64,000 bases of DNA, from positions 7,502,001-7,566,000 of the forward strand of contig OZ024741.1 of assembly GCA_964016885.1 (NCBI GenBank). The letters are read 5' to 3'. The DNA comes from Eledone cirrhosa (Eukaryota). Below are positions 1-15,000 of the stretch, one piece after another (position 1 is the stretch's first letter; the number at the start of each line of letters is the position of its first letter). The position numbers were made by a program, and so were the translations under genes. Under the pieces are notes generated by a model. That model worked only from the letters and a program-made list of their open reading frames with translations. It had not been told where the DNA came from and ran no database searches.

Positions 1-3000
1 CGACTCCATTTAAGGATGGTCGGGGACATTGCTTCCCACCCGACTCCATTTAAGGATGGTCGGGGACACTGCTTCCCACCCGACTCCATTTAAGGATGGT
101 CGGGGACACTGCTTCCCACCCGACTCCATTTAAGGATGGTCGGGGACATTGCTTCCCACCGACTCCATTTAAGGATGGTCGGGGACACTGCTTCCCACCC
201 GACTCCATTTAAGGATGGTCGGGGACATTGCTTCCTGCCCGACTCCATTTAAGGATGGTCGGGGACATTGCTTCCCACCGACTCCATTTAAGGATGGTCG
301 GAGACATTGCTTTCCACCCGACTCCATTTAAGGATGGTCGGGGACATTGCTTCCCACCCGACTCCATTTAAGGATGGTCGGGGACATTGCTTCCTACCCG
401 ACTCCATTTAAGGATGGTCGGGGACATTGCTTCCCACCCGACTCCATTTAAGGATGGTCTGGGACATTGCTTCCCACCCGACTCCATTTAAGGATGGTCG
501 GGGACATTGCTTCCCACCCGACTCCATTTAAGGATGGTCGGGGACATTGCTTCCCACCCGACTCCATTTAAGGATGGTCGGGGACATTGCTTCCCACCCG
601 ACTCCATTTAAGGATGGTCGGGGACATTGCTTCCCACCCGACTACATTTAAGGATGGTCGGGGACTCTGCTTTCCTCCCGACTCCATTTAAGGATGGTCG
701 GGGACATTGCTTCCCACCCGACTCCATTTAAGGATGGTCGGGGACATTGCTTCCCACCCGACTACATTTAAGGATGGTCGAGGACTCTGCTTTCCTCCCG
801 ACTCCATTTAAGGATGGTCGGGGACATTGCTTCCCAACCGACTTCATTTAAGGATGGTCGGGGACATTGCTTCCCACCCGACTCCATTTAAGGATGGTCG
901 GGGACATTGCTTCCCACCCGACTGCATTTTAGTATGGTCGGGGACACTGCTTCCCACCCGACTCCATTTAAGGATGGTCGGGGACACTGCTTCCCACCCG
1001 ACTCCATTTAAGGATGGTCTGGGACACTGCTTCCCACCCGACTCCATTTAAGGATGGTCGGGGACACTGCTTTCCACCCGACTGCATTTTAGTATGGTCG
1101 GGGACACTGCTTCCCACCCGACTCCATTTAAGGATGGTCGGGGACACTGCTTCCCACCCGACTGCATTTAATATGGTCGGGGACACTGCTTCCCACCCGA
1201 CTCCATTTAAGGATGGTCGGGGACACTGCTTCCCACCCGACTCCATTTAAGGATGGTCTGGGACACTGCTTCCCACCCGACTCCATTTAAGGATGGTCGG
1301 GGTCACTGCTTTCCACCCGACTGCATTTTAGTATGGTCGGGGACACTGCTTCCCACCCGACTCCATTTAAGGATGGTCGGGGACACTGCTTCCCACCCGA
1401 CTGCATTTTAGTATGGTCGGGGACACTGCTTCCCACCCGACTCCATTTAAGGATGGTCGGGGACACTGCTTCTCACCCGACTCCTTTTAAGGATTGTCGG
1501 GGACACTGCTTCCCACCCGACTCCTTTTAAGGATGGTCTGGGACACTGCTTCCCACCCGACTCCATTTAAGGATGGTCGGGGACACTGCTTTCCACCCGA
1601 CTGCATTTTAGTATGGTCGGGGACACTGCTTCCCACCCGACTCCATTTAAGGATGGTCGGGGACACTGCTTCCCACCCGACTGCATTTTAGTATGGTCGG
1701 GGACACTGCTTCCCACCCGACTCCATTTAAGGATGGTCGGGGACACTGCTTCTCACCCGACTCCTTTTAAGGATTGTCGGGGACACTGCTTCCCACCCGA
1801 CACCATTTAAGTTTGGTTGGGGATATTGCTTCCCACCCGACTCCATTCAAGGATGGTCCGGGACATTGCTTCCCACCCGACTTCTTTTAAGGATTGTCGG
1901 GTACACTGCTTCCCACCCGACTCCATTTAAGGGTGTTCGGCGAGTCTGCATTCCACCAGACTCCATTTAAGGATGGTCGGGGACACTGCTTCCCACCCGA
2001 CTCCATTTAAGGATGGTCGGGGACATTGCTTCCCACCGACTCCATTTAAGGATGGTCGGGGACACTGCTTCCCACCCGACTCCATTTAAGAATGGTCGGG
2101 GACACTGCTTCCCACCCGACTCCATTTAAGGATGGTCGTGGACACTGCTTCCCACCCGACTCCATTTAAGTATGGTCGGGGACACTGCTTCCCACCCGAC
2201 TCCATTTAAGGATGGTCGGGGACACTGCTTCTCACCCGACTCCTTTTAAGGATTGTCGGGGACACTGCTTCCCACCCGACACCATTTAAGTTTGGTTGGG
2301 GATATTGCTTCCCACCCGACTCCATTCAAGGATGGTCCGGGACATTGCTTCCCACCCGACTTCTTTTAAGGATTGTCGGGTACACTGCTTCCCACCCGAC
2401 TCCATTTAAGGGTGTTCGGCGAGTCTGCATTCCACCCGACTCCATTTAAGGATGGTCGGGGACACTGCTTCCCACCCGACTCCATTTAAGGATGGTCGGG
2501 GACATTGCTTCCCACCCGACTCCATTTAAGGATGGTCGGGTACGTTGCTTCCCACCCGAATCCATTTATGGATGGTCGGGGACATTGCTTCTCACACGAC
2601 TCCATTTAAGGATGGTCGGGTACATTGATTCCCACCCGACTCCATTTAAGTATGGTCGGGGACACTGCTTCCCACCCGACTCCATTTAAGGATGGTCGGG
2701 GACACTGCTTCCCACCCGACCCCATTTAAGAATGGTCGTGGACACTGCTTACCAGCCGACTACATTTAAGAATGGTCGGGGACACTGCTTCCCACCCGAC
2801 TACATTTAAGAATGGTCGGGGACACTGCTTCCTACCCGACTCCATTTAAGGATGGTCGGGGACATTTCTCCCCACCCGACTCCATTTAAGGATGGTCGGG
2901 GCCACTGCTTCCCAACGATTCTATTTAAGGATGGTCGTGGACATTGCTTCCCACCCGACTCCATTTTAGAATGGTCGGGGACATTGCTTCCCACCCGACT

Positions 3001-6000
3001 CCATTTGAGGATGGTCAGGGACACTGCTTCCCACTTGACACCATTTAAGGATGGTTGGGGACACTGTTTCCCACCCGACTCTATTTAAGGATGGTCGAGG
3101 ACATCGCTTCCCTCCCGACTCCATTTAAGGATCGTCGGGGACACTGCTTCCCACCCGACTCCATTTAAGGGTGGTCGGGGACACTGGTTATCACCTGACT
3201 CCATTTAAGGATGGTCTGGGACACTGCTGCACACCCGACTCCATTTAAGTATGGTCGGGGACACTGCTTCCCACCCGACTCCATTTAAGGATGGTCGGGG
3301 ACACTGCTTCCCACCCGACTCCATTTAAGGATGGTCGGGGACACTGGTTATCACCCGACTCTATTTAAGGATCGTCGGGGACACTGCTTCCCACCCGACT
3401 CCATTTAAGGATGGTCGGGGACTCTGCTTCCCAGCCGACTCCATTTAAGGATGGTCGGGGACATTGCTTCCCTTCCGACTCCATTTAAGGATGGTCGAGG
3501 ACATCGCTTCCCTTCCGACTCCATTTAAGGATGGTCGAGGACATCGCTTCCCTTCCGACTCCATTTAAGGATGGTCGAGGACATTGCTTCCCACTCGACT
3601 CCATTTGACGATGGTCGGGGACATTGCTTCCCACCCGACTCCATTTAAGGATGGTCGGGGACACTGCTTCCCACCCGACTCCATTTAAGGATGGTCGTGG
3701 ACACTGCTTCCCACCCGACTCCATTTAAGTATGGTCGGGGACACTGCTTCCCAGCCGACTCCATTTAAGGATGGTCGAGGACATCGCTTCCCTTCCGACT
3801 CCATTTAAGGATGGTCGGGGACATTGCTTCCCACTCGACTCCATTTGACGATGGTTGGGGACATTGCTTCCCATCCGACTCCATTTAAGGATGGTCGGGG
3901 ACACTGCTTCCCACCCGACTCCATTTAAGGATGGTCGGGGCATTGCTTCCCTCCCGACTCCATTTAATGATGCTCAGGGACATTGCTTCCTACCCGACTC
4001 CATTTAAGGATGGTCGGGGACATTGCTTCCCACCGGACTCCATTTAAGGATGGTCGGGGACACTGCTTCCCACCCGACTCCATTTAAGGATGGTCGGGGA
4101 CACTGCTTCCCGCCCGACTCCATTTAAGGATGGTCGGGGACATTGCTTCCCACCCGACTCCATTTAAGGATGGTCGGGGACACTGCTTCCCACCCGACTC
4201 CATTTAAAGATGGTCAGGGACATTGCTTCCCACCCGACTCCATTTAAGGATGGTCGGGGACACTGCTTCCCACCCGACTCCATTTAAGGATGGTCGGGGA
4301 CACTGCTTCCCACCCGACTGCATTTTAGTATGGTCGGGGACACTGCTTCCCACCCGACTCCATTTAAGGATGGTCGGGGACACTGCTTCTCACGCGACTC
4401 CTTTTAAGGATTGTCGGGGACACTGCTTCCCACCCGACTCCTTTTAAGGATGGTCTGGGACACTGCTTCCCACCCGACTCCATTTAAGGATGGTCGGGGA
4501 CACTGCTTTCCACCCGACTGCATTTTAGTATGGTCGGGGACACTGCTTCCCACCCGACTCCATTTAAGGATGGTCGGGGACACTGCTTCCTATCCGACTG
4601 CATTTTAGTATGGTCGGGGACACTGCTTCCCACCCGACTCCATTTAAGGATGGTCGGGGACACTGCTTCTCACCCGACTCCTTTTAAGGATTGTCGGGGA
4701 CACTGCTTCCCACCCGACACCATTTAAGATTGGTTGGGGATATTGCTTCCCACCCGACTCCATTCAAGGATGGTCCGGGACATTGCTTCCCACCCGACTC
4801 CTTTTAAGGATTGTCGGGTACACTGCTTCCCACCCGACTCCATTTAAGGGTGTTCGGCGAGTCTGCATTCCACCCGACTCCATTTAAGGATGGTCGGGGA
4901 CACTGCTTCCCACCCGACTCCATTTAAGGATGGTCGGGGACATTGCTTCCCACCGACTCCATTTAAGGATGGTCGAGGACATCGCTTCCCTTCCGACTCC
5001 ATTTAAGGATGGTCGGGGACATTGCTTCCCACTCGACTCCATTTGACGATGGTTGGGGACATTGCTTCCCACCCGACTCCATTTAAGTATGGTCGGGGAC
5101 ACTGCTTCCCATCCGACTCCATTTAAGGATGGTCGGGGACACTGCTTCCCACCCGACTCCATTTAAGGATGGTCGGGTCATTGCTTCCCTCCCAACTCCA
5201 TTTAATGATGCTCAGGGACATTGCTTCCTACCCGACTCCATTTAAGGATGGTCGGGGACATTGCTTCCCACCCGACTCCATTTAAGGATGGTCGGGGACA
5301 CTGCTTCCCACCCGACTCCATTTAAGGATGGTCGGGGACACTGCTTCCCACCCGACTCCATTTAAGGATGGTCGGGGACATTGCTTCCCACCGACTCCAT
5401 TTAAGGATGGTCGGGGACACTGCTTCCCACCCGACTCCATTTAAGGATGGTCGGGGACATTGCTTCCTGCCCGACTCCATTTAAGGATGGTCGGGGACAT
5501 TGCTTCCCACCGACTCCATTTAAGGATGGTCGGAGACATTGCTTTCCACCCGACTCCATTTAAGGATGGTCGGGGACATTGCTTCCCACCCGACTCCATT
5601 TAAGGATGGTCGGGGACATTGCTTCCTACCCGACTCCATTTAAGGATGGTCGGGGACATTGCTTCCCACCCGACTCCATTTAAGGATGGTCTGGGACATT
5701 GCTTCCCACCCGACTCCATTTAAGGATGGTCGGGGACATTGCTTCCCACCCGACTCCATTTAAGGATGGTCGGGGACATTGCTTCCCACCCGACTCCATT
5801 TAAGGATGGTCGGGGACATTGCTTCCCACCCGACTCCATTTAAGGATGGTCGGGGACATTGCTTCCCACCCGACTACATTTAAGGATGGTCGGGGACTCT
5901 GCTTTCCTCCCGACTCCATTTAAGGATGGTCGGGGACATTGCTTCCCACCCGACTCCATTTAAGGATGGTCGGGGACATTGCTTCCCACCCGACTACATT

Positions 6001-9000
6001 TAAGGATGGTCGGGGACTCTGCTTTCCTCCCGACTCCATTTAAGGATGGTCGGGGACATTGCTTCCCAACCGACTTCATTTAAGGATGGTCGGGGACATT
6101 GCTTCCCACCCGACTCCATTTAAGGATGGTCGGGGACATTGCTTCCCACCCGACTGCATTTTAGTATGGTCGGGGACACTGCTTCCCACCCGACTCCATT
6201 TAAGGATGGTCGGGGACACTGCTTCCCACCCGACTCCATTTAAGGATGGTCTGGGACACTGCTTCCCACCCGACTCCATTTAAGGATGGTCGGGGACACT
6301 GCTTTCCACCCGACTGCATTTTAGTATGGTCGGGGACACTGCTTCCCACCCGACTCCATTTAAGGATGGTCGGGGACACTGCTTCCCACCCGACTGCATT
6401 TAATATGGTCGGGGACACTGCTTCCCACCCGACTCCATTTAAGGATGGTCGGGGACACTGCTTCCCACCCGACTCCATTTAAGGATGGTCTGGGACACTG
6501 CTTCCCACCCGACTCCATTTAAGGATGGTCGGGGTCACTGCTTTCCACCCGACTGCATTTTAGTATGGTCGGGGACACTGCTTCCCACCCGACTCCATTT
6601 AAGGATGGTCGGGGACACTGCTTCCCACCCGACTGCATTTTAGTATGGTCGGGGACACTGCTTCCCACCCGACTCCATTTAAGGATGGTCGGGGACACTG
6701 CTTCTCACCCGACTCCTTTTCAGGATTGTCGGGGACACTGCTTCCCACCCGACTCCTTTTAAGGATGGTCTGGGACACTGCTTCCCACCCGACTCCATTT
6801 AAGGATGGTCGGGGACACTGCTTTCCACCCGACTGCATTTTAGTATGGTCGGGGACACTGCTTCCCACCCGACTCCATTTAAGGATGGTCGGGGACACTG
6901 CTTCCCACCCGACTGCATTTTAGTATGGTCGGGGACACTGCTTCCCACCCGACTCCATTTAAGGATGGTCGGGGACACTGCTTCTCACCCGACTCCTTTT
7001 AAGGATTGTCGGGGACACTGCTTCCCACCCGACACCATTTAAGTTTGGTTGGGGATATTGCTTCCCACCCGACTCCATTCAAGGATGGTCCGGGACATTG
7101 CTTCCCACCCGACTTCTTTTAAGGATTGTCGGGTACACTGCTTCCCACCCGACTCCATTTAAGGGTGTTCGGCGAGTCTGCATTCCACCAGACTCCATTT
7201 AAGGATGGTCGGGGACACTGCTTCCCACCCGACTCCATTTAAGGATGGTCGGGGACATTGCTTCCCACCGACTCCATTTAAGGATGGTCGGGGACACTGC
7301 TTCCCACCCGACTCCATTTAAGAATGGTCGGGGACACTGCTTCCCACCCGACTCCATTTAAGGATGGTCGTGGACACTGCTTCCCACCCGACTCCATTTA
7401 AATATGGTCGGGGACACTGCTTCCCACCCGACTCCATTTAAGGATGGTCGGGGACACTGCTTCTCACCCGACTCCTTTTAAGGATTGTCGGGGACACTGC
7501 TTCCCACCCGACACCATTTAAGTTTGGTTGGGGATATTGCTTCCCACCCGACTCCATTCAAGGATGGTCCGGGACATTGCTTCCCACCCGACTTCTTTTA
7601 AGGATTGTCGGGTACACTGCTTCCCACCCGACTCCATTTAAGGGTGTTCGGCGAGTCTGCATTCCACCCGACTCCATTTAAGGATGGTCGGGGACACTGC
7701 TTCCCACCCGACTCCATTTAAGGATGGTCGGGGACATTGCTTCCCACCCGACTCCATTTAAGGATGGTCGGGTACGTTGCTTCCCACCCGAATCCATTTA
7801 TGGATGGTCGGGGACATTGCTTCTCACCCGACTCCATTTAAGGATGGTCGGGTACATTGATTCCCACCCGACTCCATTTAAGTATGGTCGGGGACACTGC
7901 TTCCCACCCGACTCCATTTAAGGATGGTCGGGGACACTGCTTCCCACCCGACCCCATTTAAGAATGGTCGTGGACACTGCTTACCAGCCGACTACATTTA
8001 AGAATGGTCGGGGACACTGCTTCCCACCCGACTACATTTAAGAATGGTCGGGGACACTGCTTCCTACCCGACTCCATTTAAGGATGGTCGGGGACATTTC
8101 TCCCCACCCGACTCCATTTAAGGATGGTCGGGGCCACTGCTTCCCAACGATTCTATTTAAGGATGGTCGTGGACATTGCTTCCCACCCGACTCCATTTTA
8201 GAATGGTCGGGGACATTGCTTCCTACCCGACTCCATTTGAGGATGGTCAGGGACACTGCTTCCCACTTGACACCATTTAAGGATGGTTGGGGACACTGTT
8301 TCCCACCCGACTCTATTTAAGGATGGTCGAGGACATCGCTTCCCTCCCGACTCCATTTAAGGATCGTCGGGGACACTGCTTCCCACCCGACTCCATTTAA
8401 GGGTGTTCGGGGACACTGCTTCCCACCCGACTACATTTAAGGATGGTCGGGGACACTGGTTATCACCCGACTCCATTTAAGGATGGTCTGGGACACTGCT
8501 GCACACCCGACTCCATTTAAGTATGGTCGGGGACACTGCTTCCCACCCGACTCCATTTAAGGATGGTCGGGGACACTGCTTCCCACCCGACTCCATTTAA
8601 GGATGGTCGGGGACACTGGTTATCACCCGACTCTATTTAAGGATCGTCGGGGACACTGCTTCCCACCCGACTCCATTTAAGGATGGTAGGGGACTCTGCT
8701 TCCCAGCCGACTCCATTTAAGGATGGTCGGGGACATTGCTTCCCTTCCGACTCCATTTAAGGATGGTCGAGGACATCGCTTCCCTTCCGACTCCATTTAA
8801 GGATGGTCGAGGACATCGCTTCCCTTCCGACTCCATTTAAGGATGGTCGAGGACATTGCTTCCCACTCGACTCCATTTGACGATGGTCGGGGACATTGCT
8901 TCCCACCCGACTCCATTTAAGGATGGTCGGGGACACTGCTTCCCACCCAACTCCATTTAAGGATGGTCGTGGACACTGCTTCCCACCCGACTCCATTTAA

Positions 9001-12000
9001 GTATGGTCGGGGACACTGCTTCCCAGCCGACTCCATTTAAGGATGGTCGAGGACATCGCTTCCCTTCCGACTCCATTTAAGGATGGTCGGGGACATTGCT
9101 TCCCACTCGACTCCATTTGACGATGGTTGGGGACATTGCTTCCCATCCGACTCCATTTAAGGATGGTCGGGGACACTGCTTCCCACCCGACTCCATTTAA
9201 GGATGGTCGGGGCATTGCTTCCCTCCCGACTCCATTTAATGATGCTCAGGGACATTGCTTCCTACCCGACTCCATTTAAGGATGGTCGGGGACATTGCTT
9301 CCCACCGGACTCCATTTAAGGATGGTCGGGGACACTGCTTCCCACCCGACTCCATTTAAGGATGGTCGGGGACACTGCTTCCCGCCCGACTCCATTTAAG
9401 GATGGTCGGGGACATTGCTTCCCACCCGACTCCATTTAAGGATGGTCGGGGACACTGCTTCCCACCCGACTCCATTTAAAGATGGTCAGGGACATTGCTT
9501 CCCACCCGACTCCATTTAAGGATGGTCGGGGACACTGCTTCCCACCCGACTCCATTTAAGGATGGTCGGGGACACTGCTTCCCACCCGACTGCATTTTAG
9601 TATGGTCGGGGACACTGCTTCCCACCCGACTCCATTTAAGGATGGTCGGGGACACTGCTTCTCACCCGACTCCTTTTAAGGATTGTCGGGGACACTGCTT
9701 CCCACCCGACTCCTTTTAAGGATGGTCTGGGACACTGCTTCCCACCCGACTCCATTTAAGGATGGTCGGGGACACTGCTTTCCACCCGACTGCATTTTAG
9801 TATGGTCGGGGACACTGCTTCCCACCCGACTCCATTTAAGGATGGTCGTGGACACTGCTTCCCACCCGACTCCATTTAAGTATGGTCGGGGACACTGCTT
9901 CCCACCCGACTCCATTTAAGGATGGTGGGGGACACTGCTTCTCACCCGACTCCTTTTAAGGATTGTCGGGGACACTGCTTCCCACCCGACACCATTTAAG
10001 TTTGGTTGGGGATATTGCTTCCCACCCGACTCCATTCAAGGATGGTCCGGGACATTGCTTCCCACCCGACTTCTTTTAAGGATTGTCGGGTACACTGCTT
10101 CCCACCCGACTCCATTTAAGGGTGTTCGGCGAGTCTGCATTCCACCCGACTCCATTTAAGGATGGTCGGGGACACTGCTTCCCACCCGACTCCATTTAAG
10201 GATGGTCGGGGACATTGCTTCCCACCCGACTCCATTTAAGGATGGTCGGGTACGTTGCTTCCCACCCGAATCCATTTATGGATGGTCGGGGACATTGCTT
10301 CTCACCCGACTCCATTTAAGGATGGTCGGGTACATTGATTCCCACCCGACTCCATTTAAGTATGGTCGGGGACACTGCTTCCCACCCGACTCCATTTAAG
10401 GATGGTCGGGGACACTGCTTCCCACCCGACCCCATTTAAGAATGGTCGTGGACACTGCTTACCAGCCGACTACATTTAAGAATGGTCGGGGACACTGCTT
10501 CCCACCCGACTACATTTAAGAATGGTCGGGGACACTGCTTCCTACCCGACTCCATTTAAGGATGGTCGGGGACATTTCTCCCCACCCGACTCCATTTAAG
10601 GATGGTCGGGGCCACTGCTTCCCAACGATTCTATTTAAGGATGGTCGTGGACATTGCTTCCCACCCGACTCCATTTTAGAATGGTCGGGGACATTGCTTC
10701 CCACCCGACTCCATTTGAGGATGGTCAGGGACACTGCTTCCCACTTGACACCATTTAAGGATGGTTGGGGACACTGTTTCCCACCCGACTCTATTTAAGG
10801 ATGGTCGAGGACATCGCTTCCCTCCCGACTCCATTTAAGGATCGTCGGGGACACTGCTTCCCACCCGACTCCATTTAAGGGTGGTCGGGGACACTGCTTC
10901 CCACCCGACTACATTTAAGGATGGTCGGGGACACTGGTTATCACCCGACTCCATTTAAGGATGGTCTGGGACACTGCTGCACACCCGACTCCATTTAAGT
11001 ATGGTCGGGGTCACTGCTTCCCACCCGACTCCATTTAAGGATGGTCGGGGACACTGCTTCCCACCCGACTCCATTTAAGGATGGTCGGGGACACTGGTTA
11101 TCACCCGACTCTATTTAAGGATCGTCGGGGACACTGCTTCCCACCCGACTCCATTTAAGGATGGTCGGGGACTCTGCTTCCCAGCCGACTCCATTTAAGG
11201 ATGGTCGGGGACATTGCTTCCCTTCCGACTCCATTTAAGGATGGTCGAGGACGTCGCTTCCCTTCCGACTCCATTTAAGGATGGTCGAGGACATCGCTTC
11301 CCTTCCGACTCCATTTAAGGATGGTCGAGGACATTGCTTCCCACTCGACTCCATTTGACGATGGTCGGGGACATTGCTTCCCACCCGACTCCATTTAAGG
11401 ATGGTCGGGGACACTGCTTCCCACCCGACTCCATTTAAGGATGGTCGTGGACACTGCTTCCCACCCGACTCCATTTAAGTATGGTCGGGGACACTGCTTC
11501 CCACCCGACTCCATTTAAGGATGGTCGAGGACATCGCTTCCCTTCCGACTCCATTTAAGGATGGTCGGGGACATTGCTTCCCACTCGACTCCATTTGACG
11601 ATGGTTGGGGACATTGCTTCCCATCCGACTCCATTTAAGGATGGTCGGGGACATTGCTTCCTACCCGACTCCATTTAAGGATGGTCGGGGACACTGCTTC
11701 CCACCCGACTCCATTTAAGGATGGTCGGGGCATTGCTTCCCACCCGACTCCATTTAAGGATGGTCGGGGACACTGCTTCCCACCCGACTCCATTTAAGGA
11801 TGGTCGGGGCATTGCTTCCCATCCGACTCCATTTAAGGATGGTCGGGGACACTGCTTCCCACCCGACTCCATTTAAGGATGGTCGGGGACACTGCTTCCC
11901 ACCCGACTCCATTTAAGGATGGTCGGGGCATTGCTTCCCATCCGACTCCATTTAAGGATGGTCGGGGACATTGCTTCCCACCCGACTCCATTTAAGGATG

Positions 12001-15000
12001 GTCGGGGACACTGCTTCCCACCCGACTCCATTTAAGGATGGTCGGGGCATTGCTTCCCTCCCGACTCCATTTAATGATGCTCAGGGACATTGCTTCCTAC
12101 CCGACTCCATTTAAGGATGGTCGGGGACATTGCTTCCCACCGGACTCCATTTAAGGATGGTCGGGGACACTGCTTCCCACCCGACTCCATTTAAGGATGG
12201 TCGGGGACACTGCTTCCCGCCCGACTCCATTTAAGGATGGTCGGGGACATTGCTTCCCACCCGACTCCATTTAAGGATGGTCGGGGACACTGCTTCCCAC
12301 CCGACTCCATTTAAAGATGGTCAGGGACATTGCTTCCCACCCGACTCCATTTAAGGATGGTCGGGGACACTGCTTCCCACCCGACTACATTTAAGGATGG
12401 TCGGGGACTCTGCTTTCCTCCCGACTCCATTTAAGGATGGTCGGGGACATTGCTTCCCACCCGACTACATTTAAGGATGGTCGGGGACTCTGCTTTCCTC
12501 CCGACTCCATTTAAGGATGGTCGGGGACACTGCTTCCCACCCGACTCCATTTAAGGATGGTCTGGGACACTGCTTCCCACCCGACTCCATTTAAGGATGG
12601 TCGGGGACACTGCTTCCCACCCGACTGCATTTTAGTATGGTCGGGGACACTGCTTCCCACCCGACTCCATTTAAGGATGGTCGGGGACACTGCTTCCCAC
12701 CCGACTGCATTTTAGTATGGTCGGGGACACTGCTTCCCACCCGACTCCATTTAAGGATGGTCGGGGACACTGCTTCTCACGCGACTCCTTTTAAGGATTG
12801 TCGGGGACACTGCTTCCCACCCGACTCCTTTTAAGGATGGTCTGGGACACTGCTTCCCACCCGACTCCATTTAAGGATGGTCGGGGACACTGCTTTCCAC
12901 CCGACTGCATTTTAGTATGGTCGGGGACACTGCTTCCCACCCGACTCCATTTAAGGATGGTCGGGGACACTGCTTCCCACCCGACTGCATTTTAGTATGG
13001 TCGGGGACTCTGCTTCCCACCCGACTCCATTTAAGGATGGTCGGGGACACTGCTTCTCACCCGACTCCTTTTAAGGATTGTCGGGGACACTGCTTCCCAC
13101 CCGACACCATTTAAGATTGGTTGGGGATATTGCTTCCCACCCGACTCCATTCAAGGATGGTCCGGGACATTGCTTCCCACCCGACTCCTTTTAAGGATTG
13201 TCGGGTAAACTGCTTCCCACCCGACTCCATTTAAGGGTGTTCGACGAGTCTGCATTCCACCCGACTCCATTTAAGGATGGTCGGGGACACTGCTTCCCAC
13301 CCGACTCCACTTAAGGATGGTCGGGGACATTGCTTCCCACCGACTCCATTTAAGGATGGTCGAGGACATCGCTTCCCACCGACTCCATTTAAGGATGGTC
13401 GGGGACACTGCTTCCCACCCGACTCCACTTAAGGATGGTCGGGGACACTGCTTCCCAGCCGACTCCATTTAAGGATGGTCGAGGACATCGCTTCCCTTCC
13501 GACTCCATTTAAGGATGGTCGGGGACATTGCTTCCCACTCGACTCCATTTGACGATGGTTGGGGAGATTGCTTCCCACCCGACTCCATTTAAGTATGGTC
13601 GGGGACACTGCTTCCCATCCGACTCCATTTAAGGATGGTCGGGGACACTGCTTCCCACCCGACTCCATTTAAGGATGGTCGGGGCATTGCTTCCCTCCCG
13701 ACTCCATTTAATGATGCTCAGGGACATTGCTTCCTACCCGACTCCATTTAAGGATGGTCGGGGACATTGCTTCCCACCCGACTCCATTTAAGGATGGTCG
13801 GGGACACTGCTTCCCACCCGACTCCATTTAAGGATGGTCGGGGACACTGCTTCCCACCCGACTCCATTTAAGGATGGTCTGGGACATTGCTTCCCACCGA
13901 CTCCATTTAAGGATGGTCGGGGACACTGCTTCCCACCCGACTCCATTTAAGGATGGTCGGGGACATTGCTTCCTACCCGACTCCATTTAAGGATGGTCGG
14001 GGACATTGCTTCCCACCGACTCCATTTAAGGATGGTCGGGGACATTGCTTTCCACCCGACTCCATTTATGGATGGTCGGGGACATTGCTTCCCACCCGAC
14101 TCCATTTAAGGATGGTCGGGGACATTGCTTCCTACCCGACTCCATTTAAGGATGGTCGGGGACATTGCTTCCCACCCGACTCCATTTAAGGATGGTCTGG
14201 GACATTGCTTCCCACCCGACTCCATTTAAGGATGGTCGGGGACATTGCTTCCCACCCGACTCCATTTAAGTATGGTCGGGGACATTGCTCCCCACCCGAC
14301 TCCATTTAAGGATGGTCGGGGACATTGCTTCCCACCCGACTCCATTTAAGGATGGTCGGGGACATTGCTTCCCACCCGACTACATTTAAGGATGGTCGGG
14401 GACTCTGCTTTCCTCCCGACTCCATTTAAGGATGGTCGGGGACATTGCTTCCCACCCGACTCCATTTAAGGATGGTCGGGGACATTGCTTCCCACCCGAC
14501 TACATTTAAGGATGGTCGGGGACTCTGCTTTCCTCCCGACTCCATTTAAGGATGGTCGGGGACATTGCTTCCCAACCGACTTCATTTAAGGATGGTCGGG
14601 GACATTGCTTCCCACCCGACTCCATTTAAGGATGGTCGGGGACATTGCTTCCCACCCGACTGCATTTTAGTATGGTCGGGGACACTGCTTCCCACCCGAC
14701 TCCATTTAAGGATGGTCGGGGACACTGCTTCCCACCCGACTCCATTTAAGGATGGTCTGGGACACTGCTTCCCACCCGACTCCATTTAAGGATGGTCGGG
14801 GACACTACTTTCCACCCGACTGCATTTTAGTATGGTCGGGGACACTGCTTCCCACCCCACTCCATTTAAGGATGGTCGGGGACACTGCTTCCCACCCGAC
14901 TGCATTTTAGTATGGTCGGGGACACTGCTTCCCACCGGACTCCATTTAAGGATGGTCGGGGACACTGCTTCCCACCCGACTGCATTTTAGTATGGTCGGG